Below are positions 1 through 9,198 of a DNA stretch of 32,000 bases, piece by piece. Under the pieces are notes generated by a model. It ran no database searches, was not told the DNA's origin, and was given only the letters and a program-made list of their open reading frames with translations. The position numbers were made by a program, and so were the translations under genes. The DNA is from Vibrio cholerae ATCC 14035 (GTDB taxonomy: Bacteria; Pseudomonadota; Gammaproteobacteria; Enterobacterales; Vibrionaceae), in assembly GCF_000621645.1 (NCBI RefSeq), contig NZ_JHXR01000014.1, forward strand, positions 90,001-122,000. The letters are read 5' to 3'. How positions within the stretch are numbered: the first letter of the stretch is position 1; every line of letters begins with the position of its first letter.

Positions 1-36
1 ATCCGCAATAACATCCGCAATAACATCCGCAAAACG
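1..36. repeat. 12-bp tandem repeat (atccgcaataac, two perfect copies plus one degenerate copy) at the window edge
   Basis: Read directly: atccgcaataac / atccgcaataac / atccgcaaaacg. It is truncated by the window start, so its true extent is unknown. Confidence 0.5.
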
Positions 37-51
37 ACCATAAACGAAACT

Positions 52-94
52 CAAAAAATGCAGCACGCCATCCGCATTGGATTGACGTGCTGCA
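52..94 (-). terminator. Rho-independent terminator downstream of the alcohol dehydrogenase gene
   Basis: 8-9 bp stem gcagcacg (60-67) / cgtgctgc (86-93). On the minus strand it is followed by a T6 run (plus-strand aaaaaa at 53-58). It lies about 50 nt past the stop codon at 145. Confidence 0.6.
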
Positions 95-144
95 AGAGTG
101 TAACAGGATTTATCGTTTAGCGAATAGCGCTGCTTGGCTCAGAT

Positions 145-1293
145 TTAATACAAGGCGTTTTCTAAGATCTTGCGTGACTCTTGTAAGTCAATCGTGCCTT
201 GTTCACCCAGTTTATGCATACCGTGGGCTGTCAGTTGCTGCAATACCGCATCGACGGCAGCCTCTTTTGCCATGCCGTGTTCACCAAATTGGGTCGCCAC
301 ATTCAGTTGGTGGTAAAAAGCTTCAATGGCCGCAATGGTTTTTTCCGCTAAATCATCGGATTGCGGTAAACCAAAGACATTTTTGCCCATCTGTTCGAGT
401 TTGGCTTTTTTATGCTTCAGTTGATTGCGTAGCAGCCAAGGTTGCACAATCGCTAGCGAACGAGCGTGGTCGACATGCCATAACGCAGTGAGCTCATGAC
501 CGATCATATGCGTTGCCCAGTCTTGCGGTACTCCAGTGCCAATTAAGCCATTTAGCGCTTGGTTGGCTGTCCACATGAGGTTAGCTCGCCATGCGTCATT
601 GTCTCGATTTACAAAATCTGCGCCTAAGGCTAACAGGTTGCGTAGCAGCACTTCGGCATAGCCTTCTTGCACCATGGCTTGAGTGGGGAGTGTCAAATAC
701 TGTTCACACACATGCACCCAAGCATCGACTAAACCATTCACCAACTGGCGTTCTGGCAAGCTCTTCATCACATCAGGGTCAAGCACGGCAAAACGTGGCT
801 GAACGGCGGGAGAGAGAAACGCCAATTTATCTTGTGTTTCCGCTTTGGTGATGACCGCACCAGTATTGGATTCAGAGCCGGTAGCGGGCAGAGTCAAAAT
901 CGCGCCGATCGGTGTGGCTTGTTTTACGGTGTGTTGCCCGGTCAAAATATCCCAACCATCGCCTTCATAAAATGCTGCGGCGGCCACGTACTTTGAGCCA
1001 TCGATGACCGAGCCACCGCCGACGGCAAGAATAAAGTCAATGTGTTGGTTTTTCACTATGTGCACCGCTTTATCCAGTGTTTCCTTGGTTGGGTTAGGCT
1101 CAACACCGGAAAATTCAACCCATTGATGTTCACTTAGTGCCTCAACCACTTGGTCATAAACGCCATTACGTTTAATGGAACCACCACCATACAGCACTAA
1201 CACTTTGTGATCTTTTGGAATATCCCGACGGATGCTGGCGATCTGCCCCTGTCCAAAATGGATCATGGTTGGGTTGACGTAACTAAACTGCAT
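145..1293 (-). CDS. yqhD: NADPH-dependent iron-containing alcohol dehydrogenase / aldehyde reductase, YqhD-like (382 aa)
   Basis: Full-length ORF with an ATG start. Colinear with E. coli YqhD as I recall it (YGGGS, GGGSVIDGSK, LTLPATGSESN, QDWATHMIGHELTA). Confidence 0.85.
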   Translation of the reverse strand: MQFSYVNPTMIHFGQGQIASIRRDIPKDHKVLVLYGGGSIKRNGVYDQVVEALSEHQWVEFSGVEPNPTKETLDKAVHIVKNQHIDFILAVGGGSVIDGSKYVAAAAFYEGDGWDILTGQHTVKQATPIGAILTLPATGSESNTGAVITKAETQDKLAFLSPAVQPRFAVLDPDVMKSLPERQLVNGLVDAWVHVCEQYLTLPTQAMVQEGYAEVLLRNLLALGADFVNRDNDAWRANLMWTANQALNGLIGTGVPQDWATHMIGHELTALWHVDHARSLAIVQPWLLRNQLKHKKAKLEQMGKNVFGLPQSDDLAEKTIAAIEAFYHQLNVATQFGEHGMAKEAAVDAVLQQLTAHGMHKLGEQGTIDLQESRKILENALY

Positions 1294-1422
1294 CTGCTCA
1301 CCTCATTAGTATGGTTTTTGGAGTAGCCGTGAATCGGAAAAACGAGCAGCCCAAGCTGCCGTTAGCCCACAAGTTTATAGGCTGAATGCTATTACGCATC
1401 TGCAAAACACAATAGGTCATTT

Positions 1423-1455
1423 TGCGAGGAAATTTTGTGTATTGTGCGAGGAAAT
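1423..1455. promoter_or_regulatory. Two 11-bp direct repeats tgcgaggaaat, 22 bp apart start to start, in a divergent promoter region. Candidate operator.
   Basis: Exact copies at 1423-1433 and 1445-1455, about 130-160 bp upstream of the yqhD-like ATG. No binding factor is known to me. Confidence 0.25.
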
Positions 1456-1466
1456 GGGCATTTCAT

Positions 1467-1592
1467 ATCCCCTTCCTACTTGAAGTTGCCGCGGTGTTGG
1501 CTACGTTCGTTCACCCCAATCACATAGTTTGCCTATGCTCATGGGGAGTCACTCACTTGCTGCCTACCTGTAACTCCAAGTTGTTTGGGTAT
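1467..1592. repeat. ERIC / IRU imperfect palindromic repeat, copy 1 (126 bp)
   Basis: The reverse complement matches the ERIC core as I recall it (..gcaagtgagtgaatccccatgagc...gtgattggggtgaacg..). Terminal inverted repeats atcccc../..gggtat. About 8 mismatches to copy 2. Confidence 0.85.
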
Positions 1593-1710
1593 CGCAAGGG
1601 TTAACAAAAGAGGAAGTAAAATTATTGATGTTTTACTCTTTTGTAACAATAAGCATAGTTGTAGGCTTGTGCTCCCTCTTAGGAAAAATTGTCACACAAA
1701 AATTGTTGAA

Positions 1711-1746
1711 CCCCGTATTTTGTTCTGAAAAACGGGGCTTTTTTTA
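1711..1746 (+). terminator. Orphan Rho-independent terminator in the yqhD/chitodextrinase divergent region
   Basis: Stem ccccgt (1711-1716) / acgggg (1732-1737), followed by c-ttttttt. There is no annotated plus-strand gene upstream of it. Confidence 0.55.
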
Positions 1747-1964
1747 TGGTGAAAAATTTATGAGTAATTCGTTGTTGATGCAAAATAACTCGCTTTGATT
1801 TGCATAAATCAGACACTCGTTTGCGAGTCATTATTAAAATTCACACTTTTTTGAGTGCCAAATTATCCCTCTATTCTAAAGTTGTTTTACGCAAGATTTT
1901 AAGTGAGCCGATGTCGACGTGGTTTATTTAATGGTTGAAATAATAACTTGAGGGAAGAACAACA

Positions 1965-4900
1965 ATGCGTGTACTCGAAGGAAAAGCAGGGAAGAGTGTT
2001 TTTACACTAAGCACTTTAACCGCTTCATGTTTAATGGCTTTTAGCAGCTATGCTGCGGTGGATTGCTCGACGTTACCTGAATGGCAATCGTCTGCGGTGT
2101 ATACCGGTGGTGCCAAAGTGCAGCACAAGGGCAATGCTTACCAAGCCAACTACTGGACTCAAAACAACGATCCTGAAACCTTTTCTGGTAACTATGCCCA
2201 ATGGAAACTGTTGGATTCATGCAGCACATCGGGGGGGACTAACCAAGCACCGAGTGTGACGTTAACCGCACCGCTTGCCACTGCGCAGGTGAAAGCCGGA
2301 GAGGTCATGACACTCGCAGCAAACGCCTCTGATGCAGATGGTTCTGTCGCGCGTGTTGAGTTCTCAGTGGATGGCGTATTGGTTGGTCAGGCAACCAAAG
2401 CCCCGTACAGCGCGAGCTGGACAGCGACCAAAGGAACGCATGAATTTAGTGCGGTTGCCTTTGATGATAAAGGGGCTGTCAGCACCAAAAATGCAGTCAC
2501 TCTGACGGTGAGTGACGCTGGTCCAGCGAATCAAGCGCCAACCGTGGCGGTGGCTCTCTCTGCATCAAGCGTGGATGTTGGGACGGTCGTAACGTTGAGC
2601 GCAGAAGCGGCGGATGCAGATGGCTCAGTAGAGAAAGTCGATTTCTATGTTGGTGGTGCGCTTGTCGGCACTTCAGCAAAAGCACCTTACACTCTCAATT
2701 ACACGGCAACCAAAGCAGGTTCACTAGCGGTTTACGCGCGTGCTACCGACAACTTAGGGGCAGCCACAGATTCTGCACTGACCACGCTGGTGGTGAATGG
2801 CGTCGCACCGGTTGCGAATTGCCGTCCGGATGGTTTGTATCAAACGGAAGGCGTACAAGTGCCATACTGTACCGTTTACGATGCAGATGGCCGTGAGAAA
2901 ATGGGCGTGGATCATCCACGCCGTGTGATTGGTTACTTTACCAGCTGGCGTTCAGGCGATGATCCGCAAGCCGCTTACTTGGTTAAAGACATTCCTTGGG
3001 AGCAACTGACACACATTAACTATGCGTTTGTCAGCATTGGTTCGGATGGCAAAGTGAATGTCGGTGATGTCAACGATCCAAATAACGCGGCCGTTGGTAA
3101 AGAGTGGCCAGGGGTAGAAATCGATCCAACGCTAGGTTTTAAAGGTCACTTTGGTGCTCTAGCCACTTACAAACAAAAATACGGTGTAAAAACCCTGATC
3201 TCTATCGGCGGATGGGCCGAAACCGGCGGTCACTTTGATGCAAATGGTAACCGTGTGGCTGATGGTGGCTTCTACACTATGACCACCAATGCTGATGGTT
3301 CCATCAACCACGCAGCGATTGAAAAATTTGCGGCATCTGCAGTTGAGATGATCCGTAAGTACAAATTTGATGGTGTGGATATCGATTACGAATACCCAAC
3401 CTCCATGGCGGGCGCAGGAAATCCCGATGATAAAGGTTTTATGGAGCCACGTCGTGCTTACCTGTGGGCTTCTTACCAAGAGTTGATGCGTGTTCTGCGT
3501 GAAAAACTCGATCAAGCCTCGGCGCAAGATGGCCATCACTACATGCTGACGATTGCCGCACCATCTTCTGGTTACTTATTACGTGGTATGGAAACATTCG
3601 ATGTCACCAAGTATCTCGACTACGTCAATATCATGTCTTACGACTTGCATGGTGCGTGGAACGATCACGTTGGTCACAACGCCGCGCTCTACGATACAGG
3701 TAAAGACTCTGAATTGGCGCAGTGGAACGTTTACGGTACAGCGCAATACGGTGGTATCGGTTACCTGAATACGGACTGGGCATATCACTACTTCCGTGGC
3801 TCAATGCCTGCAGGTCGTATCAACATTGGTGTGCCTTACTATACCCGCGGTTGGCAAGGTGTCACCGGTGGTGAGAATGGACTCTGGGGCCGAGCGGCAC
3901 TGCCGAACCAAAATCTCTGTGCACCGGGTACTGGTGAAGGGGAGAAAAACAACTGTGGTCACGGTGCAACCGGTATCGACAACATGTGGCATGACGTTAA
4001 CGCTGCAGGTGACGAAATGGGCGCAGGCTCTAACCCAATGTGGCATGCGAAGAACCTAGAAAAAGGCATTTGGGGTTCATACGCAGCGGCTTATAAGCTC
4101 GATCCAACCACCACACCGCTGATTGGTACTTATGTACGCAATTATGACAGTGTGGCCGTGGCTCCTTGGTTGTGGAACGCAGAGAAGAAAGTGTTCTTGT
4201 CGACCGAAGATAAACAGTCAATTGATGTGAAAGCCGATTACGTTATCGACAAAGAGATTGGCGGTATCATGTTCTGGGAGTTGGCGGGTGACTATAGCTG
4301 TTACAACCTTGATGCCAACGGCAAGCGCACCTCAGTGGACCCTTCTGAGCAAGCGTGTGCCACCGGTAAAGGTGAGTACCACATGGGCAATACCATGACC
4401 AAAGCCATCTACGACAAGTTCAAAGTCGCCACGCCTTATGGTAACAAGGTGGCAACGGGCGCAATCCCTGCTGAAGCGGTGAATATTGCGGTGAAAGTCG
4501 GTGGCTTCAAAGTCGGTGACCAAAACTACCCAATCAATCCGAAGATTACCTTCACCAACAATACAGGGATTGATATCCCGGGAGGAACGGAGTTCCAATT
4601 CGATATTCCTGTTTCAGCGCCAGATAACGCGAAGGATCAATCGGGTGGCGGCTTGAAAGTGATTGCATCAGGTCATACCCGTGCCAATAACATTGGCGGG
4701 TTAGACGGTACGATGCATCGCGTGGCGTTCTCTCTACCCGCTTGGAAATCACTTCCTGCTGGGGCAACCTATGAATTGGATATGGTTTACTACCTGCCGA
4801 TTTCAGGTCCAGCGAACTACACAGTGAAAATCAACAATGTGGAGTACGCGTTTAGCTTTGAGCAACCGGATCTCCCTGTCGCCGATTTGACTGCAGGTGG

Positions 4901-5120
4901 CAATACGGGAGGTAATACCGGCGGTAACACTGGTGGTGGTACGGGTGGTGGCTCAACGGGTGATGTCATCCAGTGGGTTCCCGGTTCGACCCAAGTCCAA
5001 AATGGCACAACGGTGACTTACAACGGTAAATGCTTTGTAGCTCAAAATAACCCCGGCGTATGGGAATCACCGACACAATCTAACTGGTTCTGGAAAGAAG
5101 TGACTTGCCCTCAGGCGTAA
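1965..5120 (+). CDS. Secreted modular GH18 chitodextrinase/chitinase (1051 aa). Domain order: signal peptide, N-terminal CBM5/12, two Ig-like repeats, GH18 catalytic domain, Gly/Asn/Thr linker, C-terminal CBM5/12.
   Basis: GH18 catalytic motif [14 protein letters not shown]5/12-type segments [13 protein letters not shown] and [24 protein letters not shown]. Two repeats of about 95 aa, each containing SDADGSV / ADADGSV. SD gagggaag lies before the ATG. Confidence 0.9.
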   Translation: MRVLEGKAGKSVFTLSTLTASCLMAFSSYAAVDCSTLPEWQSSAVYTGGAKVQHKGNAYQANYWTQNNDPETFSGNYAQWKLLDSCSTSGGTNQAPSVTLTAPLATAQVKAGEVMTLAANASDADGSVARVEFSVDGVLVGQATKAPYSASWTATKGTHEFSAVAFDDKGAVSTKNAVTLTVSDAGPANQAPTVAVALSASSVDVGTVVTLSAEAADADGSVEKVDFYVGGALVGTSAKAPYTLNYTATKAGSLAVYARATDNLGAATDSALTTLVVNGVAPVANCRPDGLYQTEGVQVPYCTVYDADGREKMGVDHPRRVIGYFTSWRSGDDPQAAYLVKDIPWEQLTHINYAFVSIGSDGKVNVGDVNDPNNAAVGKEWPGVEIDPTLGFKGHFGALATYKQKYGVKTLISIGGWAETGGHFDANGNRVADGGFYTMTTNADGSINHAAIEKFAASAVEMIRKYKFDGVDIDYEYPTSMAGAGNPDDKGFMEPRRAYLWASYQELMRVLREKLDQASAQDGHHYMLTIAAPSSGYLLRGMETFDVTKYLDYVNIMSYDLHGAWNDHVGHNAALYDTGKDSELAQWNVYGTAQYGGIGYLNTDWAYHYFRGSMPAGRINIGVPYYTRGWQGVTGGENGLWGRAALPNQNLCAPGTGEGEKNNCGHGATGIDNMWHDVNAAGDEMGAGSNPMWHAKNLEKGIWGSYAAAYKLDPTTTPLIGTYVRNYDSVAVAPWLWNAEKKVFLSTEDKQSIDVKADYVIDKEIGGIMFWELAGDYSCYNLDANGKRTSVDPSEQACATGKGEYHMGNTMTKAIYDKFKVATPYGNKVATGAIPAEAVNIAVKVGGFKVGDQNYPINPKITFTNNTGIDIPGGTEFQFDIPVSAPDNAKDQSGGGLKVIASGHTRANNIGGLDGTMHRVAFSLPAWKSLPAGATYELDMVYYLPISGPANYTVKINNVEYAFSFEQPDLPVADLTAGGNTGGNTGGNTGGGTGGGSTGDVIQWVPGSTQVQNGTTVTYNGKCFVAQNNPGVWESPTQSNWFWKEVTCPQA

Positions 5121-5139
5121 CTGTTCGAATCAGGTCATT

Positions 5140-5170
5140 AAGAACCCCCGCATTGCGGGGGTTCTTCTTA
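5140..5170. terminator. Bidirectional Rho-independent terminator between the convergent chitodextrinase and glgC genes
   Basis: Perfect 12-bp stem aagaacccccgc (5140-5151) / gcgggggttctt (5155-5166) with a 3-nt loop. The flanks are T-rich (cttatt). Confidence 0.75.
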
Positions 5171-5238
5171 TTCAGTCACTAAAGAGTGTATGGTTTGCGA
5201 TAGATGAGCCATGAACGGCCTAATATATTAAACGGTAT

Positions 5239-5364
5239 ATACCCTTCCTACTTGAAGTTGCAGCGGTGTTGGCTACGTTCGTTCACCCCAATCACATAGT
5301 GTATCTATGCTCATGGGGATTCACTCACTTGCCGCCTACCTGCAACTCCAAGTTGTTTGGGTAT
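5239..5364. repeat. ERIC / IRU repeat, copy 2 (126 bp)
   Basis: The best-conserved copy. Termini ataccc../..gggtat and internal arms acttgaagttgcag / ctgcaactccaagt. It lies 22 nt past the glgC stop, before the terminator. Confidence 0.9.
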
Positions 5365-5385
5365 AGACCCCACTTTCCGGGAAAG

Positions 5386-6609
5386 CTACTCGGTCGAAAA
5401 CTGATAACTTTCTGGTACGACAACAACGCCTCGCTCTGAGATATGAAAGCGTTTTCTATCCTCGATAGGATTAAGGCCAATTTCGGTATAGGGCGGAATT
5501 TTTACGTGTTTATCGATAATGCAATGAATGAGCTTACACCCTTCGCCCACTTCAACATCATCAAACAAAATACTGTCGACGATCAGCGCAGAATCATTGA
5601 TGCGAACATTGGAAGAGATGATCGAATGTTGCACCGAGCCGCCCGAGTTGATGACGCCGTTAGCAATGATTGAATTGATAAAAATCCCTTCGTTACCCGT
5701 GGCCGATGAAACGGTTCTTGCTGGCGGGTACTGCTGCTCATAAGTGCGGATTGCCCAGTTTTTTTGATACAAATTCATGGGCGGAACGGGCTGCAACAAA
5801 TCCATATTGGCATCATAGAAAGAGTCTATGGTTCCGACATCTCGCCAATAGCAATCCCGAGCGACGCGGCCTTTACCAGAGCAGAACGAGTAGGCAAAGA
5901 CACTGCCTGTCGCGATCAATTTAGGAATGACGTCTTTCCCAAAGTCGTGGCTGGATTGCTCAATTTCAGCATCTTCGGTTAATGCTTTTTTCAGTACATC
6001 CATATTGAAAATATAAATCCCCATCGAGGCTAAACTGTGATCGGGTCTGTTGGGGATACAAGGGGGATCCGCGGGCTTTTCAACAAAGCAGGTAATACGA
6101 GAGTCGTCATCAATCGCCATCACGCCAAACGCAGAGGCTTCATGTCGAGGCACTTGCATACAGGCAATGGTTAAAGTGGCATTTTTGCTGATGTGTTCTT
6201 CGAGCATGGCAGCATAATCCATGCGATAGATGTGATCACCAGAAAGCACCACGACGTATTTGGCATCACTACGCGCAAGTAGCCACATATTGTGAAACAG
6301 CGCATCGGCGGTTCCTTCGTACCATTTTCCTCCCTTACGCATTTGCGGCGGCACCACGGTGATGAATTCACCAAGCTCGGGATTGAATATGGACCAGCCA
6401 TTACGAAGATGTTTATGTAAGGAGTGCGATTTGTATTGAGTTAACACCAAGATGCGGCGTAATCCAGAATGCAGGCAATTGGTTAAGGTGAAATCGATAA
6501 TCCGATATTTTCCACCAAAAGGTACAGCGGGCTTGGCTCTGTCATCCGTCAGCGGGGAAAGGCGTGAGCCCATTCCTCCTGCGAGAATCACAGCTAAAGT
6601 GTCCTGCAT
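5386..6609 (-). CDS. glgC: Glucose-1-phosphate adenylyltransferase (ADP-glucose pyrophosphorylase), 407 aa
   Basis: N-terminal [35 protein letters not shown] and a left-handed beta-helix C-terminus. ATG start. No other glg genes are adjacent. Confidence 0.92.
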   Translation of the reverse strand: MQDTLAVILAGGMGSRLSPLTDDRAKPAVPFGGKYRIIDFTLTNCLHSGLRRILVLTQYKSHSLHKHLRNGWSIFNPELGEFITVVPPQMRKGGKWYEGTADALFHNMWLLARSDAKYVVVLSGDHIYRMDYAAMLEEHISKNATLTIACMQVPRHEASAFGVMAIDDDSRITCFVEKPADPPCIPNRPDHSLASMGIYIFNMDVLKKALTEDAEIEQSSHDFGKDVIPKLIATGSVFAYSFCSGKGRVARDCYWRDVGTIDSFYDANMDLLQPVPPMNLYQKNWAIRTYEQQYPPARTVSSATGNEGIFINSIIANGVINSGGSVQHSIISSNVRINDSALIVDSILFDDVEVGEGCKLIHCIIDKHVKIPPYTEIGLNPIEDRKRFHISERGVVVVPESYQFSTE

Positions 6610-6638
6610 AAAGCGTCTCCATGAATCGATCTGTGACT

Positions 6639-6764
6639 AACTCCTTCCTCCTTGAAGTTGCAGTGGTGTTGGCAATATTCATTCACCCCAGTCACATAGT
6701 TTGTCTACGTACACGAGAATTTATTCACTTGCCGCCTACCTGCAACACCAATGAGTTTAGGTGT
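6639..6764. repeat. ERIC / IRU repeat, copy 3 (diverged)
   Basis: Same orientation and layout as copies 1 and 2 (..ccttgaagttgcagtggtgttggc...ttcaccccagtcacatagt...cacttgccgcctacctgcaacacca..). The centre and right end are degraded. Confidence 0.75.
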
Positions 6765-6911
6765 GTTTGTAGTAAAACCAACCTATGAAGCGTAGTACAA
6801 GACGCAAAAGTTAGCGGAGGGCTTAGGCGCACACTCGATAAGGCTGAGTGAAAATCGCTACAAGCTGTGAGGTATCTCCTAATAATCTTTGCTGCATACA
6901 TCGATTTTGCA

Positions 6912-8795
6912 TCACGCAAAGTGATGCATTTCCATGGCGGTGAGTACTGATATTTGGTTGCGTCCCGATGTTTTGGATTCATATAAAGCCAGATCGGCTC
7001 TTTTGTAGCTTTGGTCGGGTGATGTGCAAACATCGGTAACACCACCACTTAGGGTCACTTGTTGATGGTGTAATGAAGCGATATGCAGGCGTACGCGGTT
7101 AAGTACTTGTTCGGCTTCTTCAATGGAAGTGTAGGGGAAAATAATGGCAAACTCTTCTCCGCCAATCCGTGCGATAAAATCCGATTCCCGTAACTGATCT
7201 TGGATGCCTTTCGCAACGGTCCGTAACACTAGGTCCCCTTCGTTGTGTCCGAATTTGTCGTTAATGCGTTTAAAGTGGTCGATATCAATGATAGCAAGGC
7301 AGCTCTGGGCTTGATCGGGATAACGGCGACGCTTAGCGCACTCTAAAGAGATGGTTTGATCGAATTTACGTCGATTCCACAAATCGGTTAACGCATCTTT
7401 TTCGCTCAGCTCACGCAGGCGATTCTCCAGCGCCTTGCGATGTGAAATATCCACAAAAGAGGCAACGTAGAATTGAATGACATTGTCTTCATCGCGGATG
7501 CTTTGAATACGGAGAATTTCGGTGATGCTTTCGCCATCTTTGCGTTTGTTGATCACTTCACCTTCCCATACGCCATTGTCTTGCAGAGCTTTCCACATCT
7601 GCATATAGAATTCGACTTTGTGTAATCCAGAAGCAAAAATGGACGGCTGCTTACCTTTGACATCTTCAAAAGTGTAACCACTTAGGCGGGTAAATTCGTT
7701 GTTTACTTTGATGATGCGATTCTGGCGGTCGGTAATGACCACCGCTGACATGCCATCCATCGCTGCTCGAGCCAATTTACTGTCAAGGCTATTTTTTAAA
7801 TGGTTGATGTTCCATGCCGCAAATCCAGCCGCAATGATAGAGAGTAGCGATAACACTGTCACCGCTTGACTCATCAGTGCCCAGCGCGCATTTGCGTAGG
7901 TCTTATCTATTTCTGCCTTATTGATGCGCAGTACCAATACCAAAGGTTTAAAGTCAGGTAAGACAGAACTGAGATCCACTTTGATATAGCTAAACCAGGT
8001 TTGATTGGATAGAGCAAAGCCTTGTTGGTTGAGTTGGATTTTTTGCCAAAGCTCTGGGTGTTGGGCTGAAAAGTGGAGTGAAGAGGTTGAACGTGTACCG
8101 GATGGCTTGTGTTCACTGAGCAGTAATTCTCCTGCCGAATTCAAAATATCCGGTGAATCAAACTGATCATAAATAAAAGAGAGACGTTGATAGAGAGACT
8201 GTAGCTTCACCGTCACGACAAGAAAACCTTGCCGTTGGCCTTGATGCTCAATACCCGTCACAAAACGAAAGGTCGGCAGCATACCAGAAGGCGTATCTGC
8301 TGACATCGCGACTTGCGTTGCCCAAACTTGAGGCGTCGTGAGTTGGGCGTATTGAGCCACAATTTGCTGGCTGAACGGATCTGTCGTTTGAGCAGATTCA
8401 ACAAAGGTGACTTGGTGCCCATCGTAAATCGCTTTAAGTTGTTCTTTTCCTTGTCTATCCAGCAATCTGAATGAAGAGAAAATCGCTTGCGATCTTAACG
8501 TCACATCCCACAATGTTTTGAGTTGACTGAGTGCTTCTTTACTTGGTGTGGTGACAGCCGTGAATAAAAGGTCATTTTTAGCTAACAGCTGGGTGGCTTG
8601 GTGTGTGCTTTCCAGCATTCGTAACAAGTCATGCTGACTGAACTCAAGTTGTAAGCGAGTCTGTTTTTCAACGCTGCTGACCGCTTGAGTCTCAAGCTGG
8701 CTAGCAGCATGTATGAAATACAGTGTAGGAATGAAACCAAGTACAAACGCAACAATGGCAAATTGTATGAAATATTTACGGGCAGAGGTGTACAT
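6912..8795 (-). CDS. cdgD: Membrane sensor diguanylate cyclase with TM, large periplasmic domain, TM, PAS and GGDEF domains. The ORF track opens at TTG 8840; ATG 8795 is preferred.
   Basis: GGEEF active site with an RxxD I-site (RESD) five residues upstream. The PAS segment follows the second TM. The cdgD symbol comes from my recollection that V. cholerae VCA0697 is CdgD. The start codon is uncertain because neither candidate has a good SD. Confidence 0.8.
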   Translation of the reverse strand: MYTSARKYFIQFAIVAFVLGFIPTLYFIHAASQLETQAVSSVEKQTRLQLEFSQHDLLRMLESTHQATQLLAKNDLLFTAVTTPSKEALSQLKTLWDVTLRSQAIFSSFRLLDRQGKEQLKAIYDGHQVTFVESAQTTDPFSQQIVAQYAQLTTPQVWATQVAMSADTPSGMLPTFRFVTGIEHQGQRQGFLVVTVKLQSLYQRLSFIYDQFDSPDILNSAGELLLSEHKPSGTRSTSSLHFSAQHPELWQKIQLNQQGFALSNQTWFSYIKVDLSSVLPDFKPLVLVLRINKAEIDKTYANARWALMSQAVTVLSLLSIIAAGFAAWNINHLKNSLDSKLARAAMDGMSAVVITDRQNRIIKVNNEFTRLSGYTFEDVKGKQPSIFASGLHKVEFYMQMWKALQDNGVWEGEVINKRKDGESITEILRIQSIRDEDNVIQFYVASFVDISHRKALENRLRELSEKDALTDLWNRRKFDQTISLECAKRRRYPDQAQSCLAIIDIDHFKRINDKFGHNEGDLVLRTVAKGIQDQLRESDFIARIGGEEFAIIFPYTSIEEAEQVLNRVRLHIASLHHQQVTLSGGVTDVCTSPDQSYKRADLALYESKTSGRNQISVLTAMEMHHFA

Positions 8796-9198
8796 AATTC
8801 GATGTATAAGTCGTTGAGTGCATACTATAGAACGAATCAAATGAGATTTCGCTTCCAGAATTTTACTTCGTGCACTCGATCATAGTTTGTGTTTGTTAAT
8901 AAACGAACCATGCTCAATTTTTCAGCAGAGGATCCGATTAAGAGAGGCAATCCGATGATGCCTGCCGCATTTACATTGTAAATCTCGCATTCATTTTGGG
9001 TGTCGATTGGGCGACGCGGTGACGGATGATCTTCCATAACCGCAGCATGAAGTGTGTCTTTACTTCAAAAAATCTTTTTATCAGAAGATTTCTGGTCAAG
9101 CTTTGTTCAAATATCCCGCTATATTGATAAGAAAGTAAGATTCGTCGCATTTTCGTATTAATGACGTTGTGCTAGAGAAATTTTACGAGCGGGGGAAA

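Noticed and set aside
87-851. Plus-strand ORFs of 134 aa and 86 aa opposite the yqhD-like gene
   Set aside because: They are antisense to a well-supported, full-length conserved CDS, with no motifs and Arg/Cys-rich junk composition.
1422-1604. 60-aa plus-strand ORF in the supplied track
   Set aside because: It starts at TTG and lies almost entirely inside ERIC copy 1. The equivalent frame is not preserved in the other ERIC copies, so it is a repeat-generated artefact.
1628-1798. 56-aa ORF (MFYSFVTISIVVGLCSLLGK...) with a hydrophobic N-terminus upstream of the chitodextrinase gene
   Set aside because: It reads straight through the intrinsic terminator at 1711-1746. Its SD spacing is long (about 13 nt) and its lipobox is imperfect. 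The region is more likely non-coding.
4896-4952. GGNT-encoding 12-nt repeat as a stand-alone VNTR or regulatory repeat
   Set aside because: It is in frame within the chitodextrinase CDS and encodes a typical Gly-rich interdomain linker.
1467-6764. Possibility that the roughly 126-bp repeats are integron attC/VCR sites, IS ends or a CRISPR-like array
   Set aside because: The sequence matches the ERIC/IRU core rather than VCR. No integrase, transposase or cas genes are present. The spacing is irregular and kilobase-scale, and the repeats flank ordinary metabolic genes.
6725-7048. 107-aa minus-strand ORF
   Set aside because: It overlaps the 3' end of the GGDEF gene in another frame and runs into decayed ERIC copy 3. 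It has no SD and no recognisable motifs.
8837-9037. 66-aa minus-strand ORF in the GGDEF/SH3-protein divergent region
   Set aside because: There is no SD before its ATG, its composition is unremarkable, and it would overlap the promoter and 5' end of the GGDEF gene. It is probably a chance ORF.
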